The position numbers and the translations under genes are program-made. From the NCBI GenBank assembly GCA_031459385.1, contig JAVKIP010000006.1, forward strand, positions 1 through 64,000: a DNA stretch of 64,000 nucleotides, read 5' to 3'. This stretch comes from Candidatus Fervidifonticultor secundus. Its GTDB lineage: Bacteria > Sysuimicrobiota > Sysuimicrobiia > Sysuimicrobiales > Humicultoraceae. Numbering within the stretch: position 1 is the stretch's first letter; every line of letters starts with the position of its first letter. The notes below the pieces were generated by a model. That model saw nothing but the letters and a program-made list of their open reading frames with translations. It did no database searches and had not been told where the DNA came from. Below are positions 38,451 through 47,322 of this stretch, one piece after another.

Positions 38451-40454
38451 CTACGCCGGTGCCGTTACCTGCGCCAGCGCCCGCGTGATAGACGCCCAGC
38501 GCGCGGCCACCTCGGCCATGTACGCGGCCTCGGCCTGGCGGCCCTGGCGGTGCAGGCGCACCGCCTCCTCCGCGTACTGCCGCACACGGGCGGGCGCCTG
38601 GTCTCCTCCCGCCGCCTGGAGCCGCCGCGCGTCGCACCGCACGGCGTCGGCGCGGACCGGGTTCCCCGCCGCCTCGCACGCCGTGGCGAGCACCTCCAGC
38701 AGTTCCAGCCGATCTTCCACGGGCACGCCCGGCGCGTCGAGGAGTGCCTCCAGGCGCTCGACCGCCTCGGCCGCCAGGCCCAGCGCCAGCTGCGCTTCCG
38801 CTGTCAGGCGCTCGACCTGACGGCACGCGGCCACGTCCCCGGCGCTGGCAAAGATGCGGCCGTAGCGCTCCAGCCGGCCCAGCACGCCGCCGACCTCGCC
38901 GGCGCGCAGGTCCAGCCGCGCCAGGGACATCTCCGCCTGCGCCTCGCCGACCAGGTCGCCGCTGGCGCCGGCGAGCCTGGCGGCCTGCACGAACGCCGCC
39001 CGCGCCTCCCGCAGCGCGCCCATCGCCTCGTACGCGCGGCCCATGTGGCGCCAGTACCGGGCCGCGGTCTGGCCGGCCGACGCCGGCGCCGCGCCCATGG
39101 CCGCGGCCAGCGCACGCATCGTCCGCTCCGGCACGCCGGCGTTGCGCTCCGCCCGCTTGATCGTCGTCACCTCGAAGCCGGCCCGCTCGGCGAGCTGCTC
39201 CTGCGTCCAGCCCAGCGCCATGCGCAGCGCACGGATCTCCTGGCCGGTCGGTGCGGGTGCCGGGACCTCAGGGCCGCTGCGGTCCCCCCGGCCGCCCACG
39301 CGCCCGGCAGCCCGGACGGCGGCATCGAGCAGCGGCACACTCGCGCCGCGCGTCGTTCCGGCCGAGGTCCCCATCGCCTGCGTCGCCTCGGCCCGGCCGT
39401 CCCGCCCGTCGGTCGCGCACGCCCGGCCCAGATCGCACTGCGCGTCCACCTCGGCCGCCAGGGCCCGCGCCACGCGCCGCTCGCGCGGTGAGGGCTGCTG
39501 CCGGATGGCCTGGCGGAGCCGGAGGAGCACGGGGACGATGTCGGCCAGCACCGGCGGCCTCCCGAGGCTGCAGGCGAGGTCGAACGCCAGCGCCGCAGCC
39601 TGCACCCCGCCGGCAGGATCGTGCTGCCCCAGGGCTTCCGCCGCGACCGCCAGCGCCGAGGCGTGGGTCGCAACGTCCAGGCGCGGGCCGGCCTCGTTCA
39701 GCAGCGCACGCACGCTCTGGACACTGCCCGTGAGATCCCCGCGGCAGAGCCGCAGACGCGCGAGCTCGACGCGCACGCTGGCGGCGCAGGCGGGGCGCTG
39801 CCGGCACTCGCGTTCGGCGCGGTTCAGCGCGACCTCGGCACGGTGAATCTCGCCCAGTTCCATCAGGGCCCGGCCGCCGCCGCACAGCGCTTCGGTTGCC
39901 CGCGCCAGCCGGCCCGCCTTCAGCGACAGCCGCCGCGCGCGGTGGAAGGCGCGCAGGGCCTCGCGCGGCCGGCCGCGCGCGCGGAGGACGGATCCGAGCA
40001 CGATGCAGGCGTCCGCGCCCGTGGCGGCATCGCCGCTGGTCGCGGCCAGCCGCACCGCCCGCCCGGCCGCCGCTGCAGCCATGCGCAACCGGCTGCACGC
40101 GTAGCACGCCCGCGCCAGCCCCGCATACAGGCGGGCGAGCACCGCGGGCGGCGCGTCGGCCTGCCGGGCCAGGCGCAGCGCCTGGCGGTAGCTCTCTGCG
40201 GCGCGCTCGTGGGCGCCCGCGCGGGCCGCCAGGCGCCCGGCGTCCTCGAACAGCTCTGCCGCCTGCGCCGGCGCCTTGGGGGCTGCGATGGCCGCGGCAC
40301 GCGCAAGCAAGGCCTGGGCCTGTCCGGCCCTGCCTGCCTGCCGGTAGCCGTCCGCCTGCCGCAGCAGTTCCTCAAAAGTCACCGCGAGCTTCCCTGCACC
40401 CTCCCGCCGGTTTTGGGTCCCGGTGCCCTCGAACAAGTCGCGCCGACGGTGCAA
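38451..40454 (-). CDS. TPR-repeat protein with internal XRE-family helix-turn-helix (start uncertain; GTG at 40383 has a better RBS)
   Basis: IRALRMALGWTQEQLAERAG....TIKRAERN HTH flanked on both sides by Ala-rich TPR-like helices. Confidence 0.7.
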   Translation of the reverse strand: MHRRRDLFEGTGTQNRREGAGKLAVTFEELLRQADGYRQAGRAGQAQALLARAAAIAAPKAPAQAAELFEDAGRLAARAGAHERAAESYRQALRLARQADAPPAVLARLYAGLARACYACSRLRMAAAAAGRAVRLAATSGDAATGADACIVLGSVLRARGRPREALRAFHRARRLSLKAGRLARATEALCGGGRALMELGEIHRAEVALNRAERECRQRPACAASVRVELARLRLCRGDLTGSVQSVRALLNEAGPRLDVATHASALAVAAEALGQHDPAGGVQAAALAFDLACSLGRPPVLADIVPVLLRLRQAIRQQPSPRERRVARALAAEVDAQCDLGRACATDGRDGRAEATQAMGTSAGTTRGASVPLLDAAVRAAGRVGGRGDRSGPEVPAPAPTGQEIRALRMALGWTQEQLAERAGFEVTTIKRAERNAGVPERTMRALAAAMGAAPASAGQTAARYWRHMGRAYEAMGALREARAAFVQAARLAGASGDLVGEAQAEMSLARLDLRAGEVGGVLGRLERYGRIFASAGDVAACRQVERLTAEAQLALGLAAEAVERLEALLDAPGVPVEDRLELLEVLATACEAAGNPVRADAVRCDARRLQAAGGDQAPARVRQYAEEAVRLHRQGRQAEAAYMAEVAARWASITRALAQVTAPA

Positions 40455-40575
40455 ATTGCTCTGGTCCTGCCCGGGTTGTTCCCGTACAACAGAGTCGCTA
40501 GACGTGAAGTTTTCCGTCCCGGGACCCGGGACGGGGCCAGGTGGTGCACCGCACGCGGCGCAGGGGGAACTGCGC

Positions 40576-40650
40576 GCGGCGGGCGACGGAACGGCCGGTT
40601 GCCACCAGCAACGCCGGAGCCCTCAGCCGGTCTCATCCGTCGCCCGCCGC
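40576..40650. repeat. Perfect 15-bp inverted repeat enclosing an inner hairpin, upstream of the HD-GYP gene
   Basis: gcggcgggcgacgga (40576-40590) / tccgtcgcccgccgc (40636-40650); inner gttgc-cacca-gcaac. Confidence 0.8.
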
Positions 40651-40691
40651 CGCGGGCGCAGCACGCGGCGGCACGCGCAGGAGCGGATGCG

Positions 40692-41441
40692 ATGACGCAG
40701 GACACTGTGATGGCGACACGGGTGGCCGAGTGGATCGAGCGCGACGAGCGGCTGGAGGACCTCGAGCGGGCGTACATCGGCACGCTGCTGGCGCTGAGCG
40801 ACGCCGCAGACGCCCGGACCGAGTACCGCCCCGGGCACGCCCGGCGCAGCGGCGAGCTGGCCGCGCACGTTGCCCGCGCTCTGGGCCTGCCGGAGGACCA
40901 GATCGAAGCCGTTCGCTACGGCGCCATCCTCCACGACGTTGGCCAGATCAGCGTGCCCGAGGAGATCCTGCGCAGCCCCTGCCCGCCCACGGTGGAGGAG
41001 TGGCGCCTGATCCGGGGCCACCCCGCAGCCGGCGCGCAGATGGTGGCGGCGGTCCCGCGCCTGGCCCACATCGCCGAGATCGTGCGCGCCCACCACGAGC
41101 GCTGGGACGGCCGAGGGTACCCGCTGGGGCTGCGCGGCGAGCAGATTCCCGTGGGCGCGCGCATCGTGGCCGTGGTGGACGCGTACCTGGCGATGATCGA
41201 AGACCGCCCGTACCAGTTCGCGCGCACCCCCAGGGAGGCGATGGCGGAGGTGGAGCGACGCGCCGGCACGCAGTTCGATCCTCACGTCGTGGACGCGTTC
41301 GCCGTGGTCATGGCCCGGTGCGACGTGCCGGCGGACGATGGACCGGACGCCGACGACCGCACCTGGCAGCCGCTGCGTGATAGCCTGAGGCGCCTGGTCC
41401 GGGCCACGCGCGCACGCCAGGGCGCCGCCCACGCCGACTGA
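40692..41441 (+). CDS. Stand-alone HD-GYP domain protein
   Basis: ILHDVGQ, IRGHP..G, HHERWDGRGYP.GL.GE.IP, DRPY, GTQFDP; AGGAG RBS. Confidence 0.88.
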   Translation: MTQDTVMATRVAEWIERDERLEDLERAYIGTLLALSDAADARTEYRPGHARRSGELAAHVARALGLPEDQIEAVRYGAILHDVGQISVPEEILRSPCPPTVEEWRLIRGHPAAGAQMVAAVPRLAHIAEIVRAHHERWDGRGYPLGLRGEQIPVGARIVAVVDAYLAMIEDRPYQFARTPREAMAEVERRAGTQFDPHVVDAFAVVMARCDVPADDGPDADDRTWQPLRDSLRRLVRATRARQGAAHAD

Positions 41442-41584
41442 CCGCGCCGCGGCGCTACGCCGCGCGGGCTGATCGCCGCCGGCGCCGGCCCCACGCCGGA
41501 ACCGGACCACGCCGCGCGCACGGGGGATCGCCACCACCCCTGCCCCAGGGGACTCTCGCGGTGCGGGGTCGAACCACAAAATTC

Positions 41585-43945
41585 ATGATGCGTTCCTCCG
41601 CAGCGATGCTGCGCCGGCTGGGCGCCGGCGTGCCCGTCGAGACGCTCTGCGCCGCCCTGGGGCTGACGCGCGCGGCGTTCGACGCCTGGTGGCGGGCGGA
41701 AGTCGCGGCACGGGTGCCGCCCACCGCGGGCACCGTCTCCGCTGGCGCCCCGGGCCCGGTCAGGATCCTGCGCGACCGCTGGGGCATCCCGCACATCGTC
41801 GCCGAGGGCGACGACGCGCTGTTCTTCGGGTTAGGCTTCGCCATGGCGCAGGATCGCCTGTGGCAGATGGACTACCTGCGCCGCCGGGCGCTCGGGCGCC
41901 TGTCGGAGGTGCTGGGCCGCGACGGTCTCGAGCTGGACATCGTGGCGCGCACCGTCGGCCTGCACCGCATCGCCCGGGCGCATCTCGACCGCCTCCCCGC
42001 GGGCACCGTCGCGGTCCTCGACGCCTTCTCGGCCGGGGTCAACGCGTGCATCGCCCTGCGGGGGGAGCGTTTGCCCATCGAGTTCTCCCTGCTCGACTAC
42101 GCGCCCGACCCGTGGACCCCGCACGACTCCCTGGCCGTGCTGGCGGAGCTGCGCTGGTACCTGACCGGCCGGCTGCCGGTGATCGCGATCCCCGAGCTGG
42201 CCAAGCGGGCGCTGCGCGACCAGACCCTCTACCAGGCGTTCCTCACGCCCGAAGCCGGCGACGAGACGATCGTGCCTGCGGGCGCCGCTCCCCGTGCGCG
42301 GCGGGTCGAGCCCGTCACCGGCGGCGGAGCCGGCGAGGGGCCGGGCAGCAACAACTGGGCCGTGGCCGGTCATCGCAGCGCCACCGGCAAGCCGCTGCTG
42401 GCCAGCGACCCCCACATCGCGTTCGGGGCCCCGAACTGCTGGTACGAAGCGCACCTCTGCGGCGGGTCGGTCAACGCCGCGGGCATCGCCTACGTGGGCG
42501 CGCCGGCGCTGCTCATGGGCCGCAACGCGCGCGTGGCGTGGGGCATCACCAACAACCTCTGCTCGCAGCGCGACCTCTACCAGGAGCGGACCGACCCCGC
42601 GCATCCGGGCGCGTTCCTCTACGACGGCCGGTGGGAGCCAGCGCAGGAGATCCGTGAAGAGATCACGGTCCGCGGCGAGCCGGACGTCGAGCTGGTGGTG
42701 CGCTGCTCGCGCAACGGCCCGCTCGTCGACCACCTGCTGCCCGGCCCCCTGCGCGAGACCGGCCCGGTCAGCCTGCGCTGGCTTGGCGCCGAGTTCAGCG
42801 ACGAACTCACGTGCCTGCTGGACGCCGCGCGCGCCGACAGCGTGGCCGCCTTCCGCGCCGCGCTGCGCGACTGGGGCGTGCCAACGTTCAACTTCGTCCT
42901 GGCCGACGTCGACGGCCACATCGCCTACCAGTGCGCCGGCCGTATCCCGATCCGCGAGCAGTGGGACCGCGCCTACCGGCCCGGCTGGGACCCCGCGCAC
43001 CAGTGGAAGGCGTTCATTCCCTTCGACGACCTGCCCGCGGTCGTCGACCCGCCGGCGGGGTGGGTACGCACCGCCAACAACCGCAACGCCCCCCCGGACT
43101 TCCCCTACCCGCTGTCGGGGACGTGGAGCAGCGGCCTGCGGGCCCGACGCATCCGCCAGATGCTGGAGGCGCAGGACCGGTTCACGGTGGACGCCTTCGC
43201 CCGCATGCAGCTCGACGTGCTCTCCCTGCGCGCGGTCGACGGCGTGCCTCCCCTGCTGGCGCTGCTCGACGGCGCCGGCGACCCGCGCCTGGCCGCCGCC
43301 TCAGCCGTGCTGCGCGCCTGGGACCGCCGCATGACCGTCGACGCCGTGGGCGCGATGATCTTCGAGGTGTTCTTCGCCGAGTGGTGCCGGACCGTGGCCG
43401 CCGAGCGCTTCCCGGCCGCCATCGTCGATCTCATGGCCACGGCCAGCGCCGGCCTGGCCCTCGCGCTGCTGGCCGACGACCCCTGGGGATGGTTCGCCGG
43501 TGGCGATCGCGCTGCCGCCGCAGCCGAGGCGCTGCGGCGCGCTCTGGACGTCCTCGAGGCCCGCTTCGGCGCCGACATGCAGGCCTGGACGTGGGGCCGC
43601 ATGCACACGATCCCGCTGCGCCACGTCCTCTCGGGGCGGGGCGACCTGGGGGGGCTGCTCGACCGGGGCGGCGACCCCGTGCACGGCAGCGGCGTCACCG
43701 TCTGCAACACCGGCTATGATCCCAACTACCTGGCCAGCCTCGGCGCCAACTATCGCCTGATCGCCGATCTGGCCAGCGATCCCCCCGGCCTGTGGGCGGT
43801 CGATGCCGCAGGCACCTCGGGCGAGCCCGGGAGCCCGCACTACTGCGACCAGCTGCCCGAGTGGCTGGCCGGGCGGTACCACGTCATCCCGCTCGACCGC
43901 GACCGGGCGGAGCGAGAGGCCGCGAGCGTTCTGGTCCTCGAGTAG
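41585..43945 (+). CDS. Penicillin acylase family (S45) Ntn-hydrolase with an HTH-like N-terminal extension
   Basis: RDRWGIPHI, AQDRLWQMD..RR..LGRLSE, GSNNWAV (beta-chain Ser), LASDPH, TANN, SPHY.DQ. Confidence 0.9.
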   Translation: MMRSSAAMLRRLGAGVPVETLCAALGLTRAAFDAWWRAEVAARVPPTAGTVSAGAPGPVRILRDRWGIPHIVAEGDDALFFGLGFAMAQDRLWQMDYLRRRALGRLSEVLGRDGLELDIVARTVGLHRIARAHLDRLPAGTVAVLDAFSAGVNACIALRGERLPIEFSLLDYAPDPWTPHDSLAVLAELRWYLTGRLPVIAIPELAKRALRDQTLYQAFLTPEAGDETIVPAGAAPRARRVEPVTGGGAGEGPGSNNWAVAGHRSATGKPLLASDPHIAFGAPNCWYEAHLCGGSVNAAGIAYVGAPALLMGRNARVAWGITNNLCSQRDLYQERTDPAHPGAFLYDGRWEPAQEIREEITVRGEPDVELVVRCSRNGPLVDHLLPGPLRETGPVSLRWLGAEFSDELTCLLDAARADSVAAFRAALRDWGVPTFNFVLADVDGHIAYQCAGRIPIREQWDRAYRPGWDPAHQWKAFIPFDDLPAVVDPPAGWVRTANNRNAPPDFPYPLSGTWSSGLRARRIRQMLEAQDRFTVDAFARMQLDVLSLRAVDGVPPLLALLDGAGDPRLAAASAVLRAWDRRMTVDAVGAMIFEVFFAEWCRTVAAERFPAAIVDLMATASAGLALALLADDPWGWFAGGDRAAAAAEALRRALDVLEARFGADMQAWTWGRMHTIPLRHVLSGRGDLGGLLDRGGDPVHGSGVTVCNTGYDPNYLASLGANYRLIADLASDPPGLWAVDAAGTSGEPGSPHYCDQLPEWLAGRYHVIPLDRDRAEREAASVLVLE

Positions 43946-44026
43946 CGCGACGCGTGACGGCGGGCGTCGGCCAGGGCGGTCGCCGGTCGGCACCTCGGCC
44001 CCGCCGTCTGGCGGCCGCGCCGATCC

Positions 44027-44055
44027 TTGACGTCGGCAGAGACCGCCCATACCGT
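44027..44055 (+). promoter_or_regulatory. Putative sigma70 promoter of the sugar ABC operon
   Basis: TTGACG-N17-TACCGT. Confidence 0.5.
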
Positions 44056-44110
44056 TTTCTGTAGAGGGAACCTGACGTCCGCGCTGGCGCGGTTCGCCGG
44101 AGGTGCACCG

Positions 44111-45382
44111 GTGCACATCAGGTCTGTGGTGCGCAAGGCCGTGGTCCCCGTCCTGCTGCTCGTCCTCGTGCTGCCTCTGGCGCCTGCGTTTCCGCAACCC
44201 CGCCCGACGCTGAAGATGATCTGGGTCGGCTGGCCCGAGGCGCACATCGTGCCCCTGGTGCAGGCCGCGGCGGCCGACGCGGGCGTCGAGGTCGACCTCG
44301 AGCGCATCCCGTTCGGCCGCCTGTTCGAGACCCTCGACATCCGGCTGGGCGCGCGCACCAGCACGCCCGATGTCTACGCGGTCGACGGTCCGATGACGGC
44401 CTCCTACGCGGTGCGCGGCCACCTGCTGCCGCTGGACGACGTCTTCACCGCCGACGAGAAGCGCGACTGGCTGCAGGCCTGCGTCGACCAGGGGACGTTC
44501 GACCGCAAGCTGTACTCGGCGCCGGTCGTGACCAGCTCGCAGCTGCTGTACTACAACAAGACGCTCTTCCAGCGCGCCGGCATCCCGTTTCCGCCGGCCG
44601 ACGTCCGGCAGCGCTGGACCTGGGAGCGGGTGGTCGAGGCCGCCCGGAAGATCGCCCGTCCGTCCGAGGGCATCTGGGGGATCGTGCTGGAGCAGACCGA
44701 TCGGCCGTACCAGATCCTGCCCCTGGCCCAGTCCAAGGGCGCGGCCGGCATCAGCCCCGACGGGCTCCGGGCATCCGGCTACATCAACTCCCCCGCGTTC
44801 GTGGAGGCCATGACCTTCTACCAGCGGCTCTTCAACGACTGGCAGGTCAGCCCCAAGGGGCTGTTCGAGATCCCGCAGGTCACGGAGCTGTTCGGCACCG
44901 GCAAACTCGCCATGCTGGTGGGAGAACTGTGGAACCTCCGCTTCCTCGAAGCCTACAAGGGCCTGAGCTGGGGCGTGGCGCCCCATCCCTACTTCCAGGG
45001 CGGGAAGGTCGTGACGCCCACGGGCTCGTGGCACGTGGGCATCAACCCGCGCACCGAGCGGCGGCGCGAGGCGATCGCGTTCGTCAAGGCGTTCGTGAGC
45101 AGCAAGGAGAACGCCATGCTCTTCGACCTGACCCGGCGCACGCCGTGCCGCCGGTCGGTGTACCGGCAGAAGGCCGGCGACTTCTCGCTGGCGCCATGGC
45201 GCATCGTCCTGCACGAGCTGGCCAGCACCGCCATCCCGCGGCCCTTCACCCCGGGCTTCCGGGAGTACGAGAACATCCTCCAGCAGGCCCTCCGCGACAT
45301 CCAGCTGGGGGCCGACGTGAAGACCACGCTGGACGCCGCCGCGGCGCGCATCGACCGGGAGCTGGTGAAGTACCGGCAGTGA
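44111..45382 (+). CDS. Carbohydrate ABC transporter substrate-binding protein
   Basis: Signal peptide; LYYNKTLF..AGI, WTWE, FGTGKLAM; GGAGG RBS before GTG 44111. Confidence 0.88.
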   Translation: MHIRSVVRKAVVPVLLLVLVLPLAPAFPQPRPTLKMIWVGWPEAHIVPLVQAAAADAGVEVDLERIPFGRLFETLDIRLGARTSTPDVYAVDGPMTASYAVRGHLLPLDDVFTADEKRDWLQACVDQGTFDRKLYSAPVVTSSQLLYYNKTLFQRAGIPFPPADVRQRWTWERVVEAARKIARPSEGIWGIVLEQTDRPYQILPLAQSKGAAGISPDGLRASGYINSPAFVEAMTFYQRLFNDWQVSPKGLFEIPQVTELFGTGKLAMLVGELWNLRFLEAYKGLSWGVAPHPYFQGGKVVTPTGSWHVGINPRTERRREAIAFVKAFVSSKENAMLFDLTRRTPCRRSVYRQKAGDFSLAPWRIVLHELASTAIPRPFTPGFREYENILQQALRDIQLGADVKTTLDAAAARIDRELVKYRQ

Positions 45383-45482
45383 GCGTCCAGGCGCGCGGGT
45401 CCCGCTGCGAGGGTCCCGCTGTGAGCGTTCTGCCGTGAGCGTCCCGCTGTGAGCGTTCTGCCGTGAACGCCCCGCCGTGAGC
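45379..45482 (+). repeat. 14-bp tandem array (consensus about GTGAGCGTYCYGCY), 7 units plus a partial, spanning SBP stop to permease start
   Basis: Units start at 45379, 45393, 45407, 45421, 45435, 45449, 45463, 45477. Confidence 0.9.
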
Positions 45483-46349
45483 CTCCGTCGCCACGAGGCG
45501 GCCCTGCCGTACCTGCTCATCGCGCCGGCCATCGGCGGGCTGTTGCTGTTCCGCGTCTACCCCATGGTCCTGGCCCTGTGGCAGAGCCTCCATACCGAGA
45601 CGCTGGACGGCCTGCAGCGGTTCGTGGGGCTGGCCAACTACCTGGCGATCTTCTCCGACCCCCACGTCTGGAGGGCGATGCGCGTCACGGCCGTCTTCAA
45701 CTTGATCGTCAACCCGCTGCAGATCGCCCTGGCCCTGGCCCTCGCCCTGCTCGTCAACCGTCGCCTGCCCGGCATCGGTCTCTTCCGCACCGCGTACTTC
45801 CTGCCGATGACCGTCTCGCTGACCATCACGGCCATCATCTGGAACCTGGTGCTGAACCCCCAGCTGGGACTGGCCAACGGCATCCTGGTACGGCTGGGCC
45901 TGCCGCCCCAGCCGTTCCTGATCAGCGAGCGCCAGGCGCTGGGGTCGATCATCCTGTTGGCCACGTGGAAGGGCGTGGGGTACTGGATGGTCTTCCTGCT
46001 GGCCGGGCTGCAGCAGATCCCTGCCACGGTCTTCGAGGCCGCGAGCCTCGACGGCGCGACGCCCTGGCGGCGGTTCTGGGCCGTGACGTTCCCGCTGCTG
46101 CGCCGCGTGCTGGCGTTCGTGCTGGTGGCCGATCTGGCCATCAACATCCTGATGTTCGTCCCCGTCTACCTGCTGACGGGCGGCGGGCCCCACGGCTCGA
46201 CGGAGCTGCTCATGTTCCACGCGTACCGCGTCGCTTTCGTCTTCCTGGACTGGGGGCGGGCGACGGCGATCTCGGTGCTGATCGTCGCCGCGCTGCTGGC
46301 GATGACCGGGGTTCAGCTGCGCCTGCTGCGGGCGGAGTTCGAGTACTAG
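45477..46349 (+). CDS. Carbohydrate ABC transporter permease (MalF-like)
   Basis: FVGLANY, FRTAYFLP, LAGLQQIP...EAASLDGA. Confidence 0.92.
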   Translation: MSLRRHEAALPYLLIAPAIGGLLLFRVYPMVLALWQSLHTETLDGLQRFVGLANYLAIFSDPHVWRAMRVTAVFNLIVNPLQIALALALALLVNRRLPGIGLFRTAYFLPMTVSLTITAIIWNLVLNPQLGLANGILVRLGLPPQPFLISERQALGSIILLATWKGVGYWMVFLLAGLQQIPATVFEAASLDGATPWRRFWAVTFPLLRRVLAFVLVADLAINILMFVPVYLLTGGGPHGSTELLMFHAYRVAFVFLDWGRATAISVLIVAALLAMTGVQLRLLRAEFEY

Positions 46350-46351
46350 CC

Positions 46352-47245
46352 GTGGCCGAGGCCCTCGGGTCGCGCATCGCTCCCGCCCGCACCGTGGCCC
46401 TCGGCTGGCGCCGGACGGGCTGGTCGCGGGTGGCCCTCTACGCCGTCCTCACCCTGATCGCCGTGGCCATGCTCACCCCCCTCTACTGGGCGCTGCTGTC
46501 GGCGGTGCGCCCGCAGGAGGTGGTCTTCCAGCACGTCCGGCCGGTGAGCTGGCGGACCTTCGTCCCCCAGGAGCTGACGCTGCAGTACTTCGGCGAGGTC
46601 CTGACGCGCACACGGTTTCCCCGGGCGCTCGCCAACAGCCTGTTCATCAGCCTCACCACGGTGGCCGCCGGGCTGCTGGTGAACTCGCTGGCCGGCTTCG
46701 GGTTCGCCAAGTTCGACTTCCGGGGGAAGGGGCCGCTGTTCGTGGTGGTGCTGCTGACCTTCATGATGCCCTTCGAGGCCATCGTGATCCCCCTGTACAT
46801 CCTGATCCGGCGGCTGGGATGGGTGGATTCGTACCTGGCGCTGATCGTGCCGGCGATCCCCCACGGGCTCTCGATCTTCCTGTTCCGGCAGTTCTTCGCC
46901 GAGTTCCCCAACGACCTGCTGGATGCCGCGCGCATCGACGGCGCCCCCTGGCGGACGATCTACTGGCGCATCGTCGCGCCCCTGTCGGCGCCGGCGTTCA
47001 TCAGCGCGGCGGTGATGCTGTTCATCCTGCAGTGGGACGCGTTCTTCTGGCCGCTGGTGGCCGCCAACTCGGCCGCGCACACCGTGGTGCAGGTCGAGAT
47101 CTCCCGCTTCGTCATGCAGGAGTCGACCTCGTGGGGACGCCTGTTTGCGTCGACGGCGATGGCCATCGGCGTGCCGATGACGCTGTTCTTCGGCCTGCAG
47201 CGGTACTACGTGCAGGGCATGACGGCCACGGGCCTGCGGGTCTAG
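46352..47245 (+). CDS. Carbohydrate ABC transporter permease (MalG-like)
   Basis: LANSL, FLFRQFF..FP.DL.DAARIDGA, W..FFWPL, QRYYVQG. Confidence 0.92.
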   Translation: MAEALGSRIAPARTVALGWRRTGWSRVALYAVLTLIAVAMLTPLYWALLSAVRPQEVVFQHVRPVSWRTFVPQELTLQYFGEVLTRTRFPRALANSLFISLTTVAAGLLVNSLAGFGFAKFDFRGKGPLFVVVLLTFMMPFEAIVIPLYILIRRLGWVDSYLALIVPAIPHGLSIFLFRQFFAEFPNDLLDAARIDGAPWRTIYWRIVAPLSAPAFISAAVMLFILQWDAFFWPLVAANSAAHTVVQVEISRFVMQESTSWGRLFASTAMAIGVPMTLFFGLQRYYVQGMTATGLRV

Positions 47246-47322
47246 CCCGGCGCGGCAGCCCGGCCGGGGCAGCGCTCCCGGCGTGGGCCGCGGCGGCTCC
47301 GGCCCGGCACAAGGAGGGAGAC

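Noticed and set aside
45379..45482. CRISPR array or iterons
   Set aside because: 14-bp contiguous units without spacers; no cas or rep gene; explained as an expanded stop/start junction
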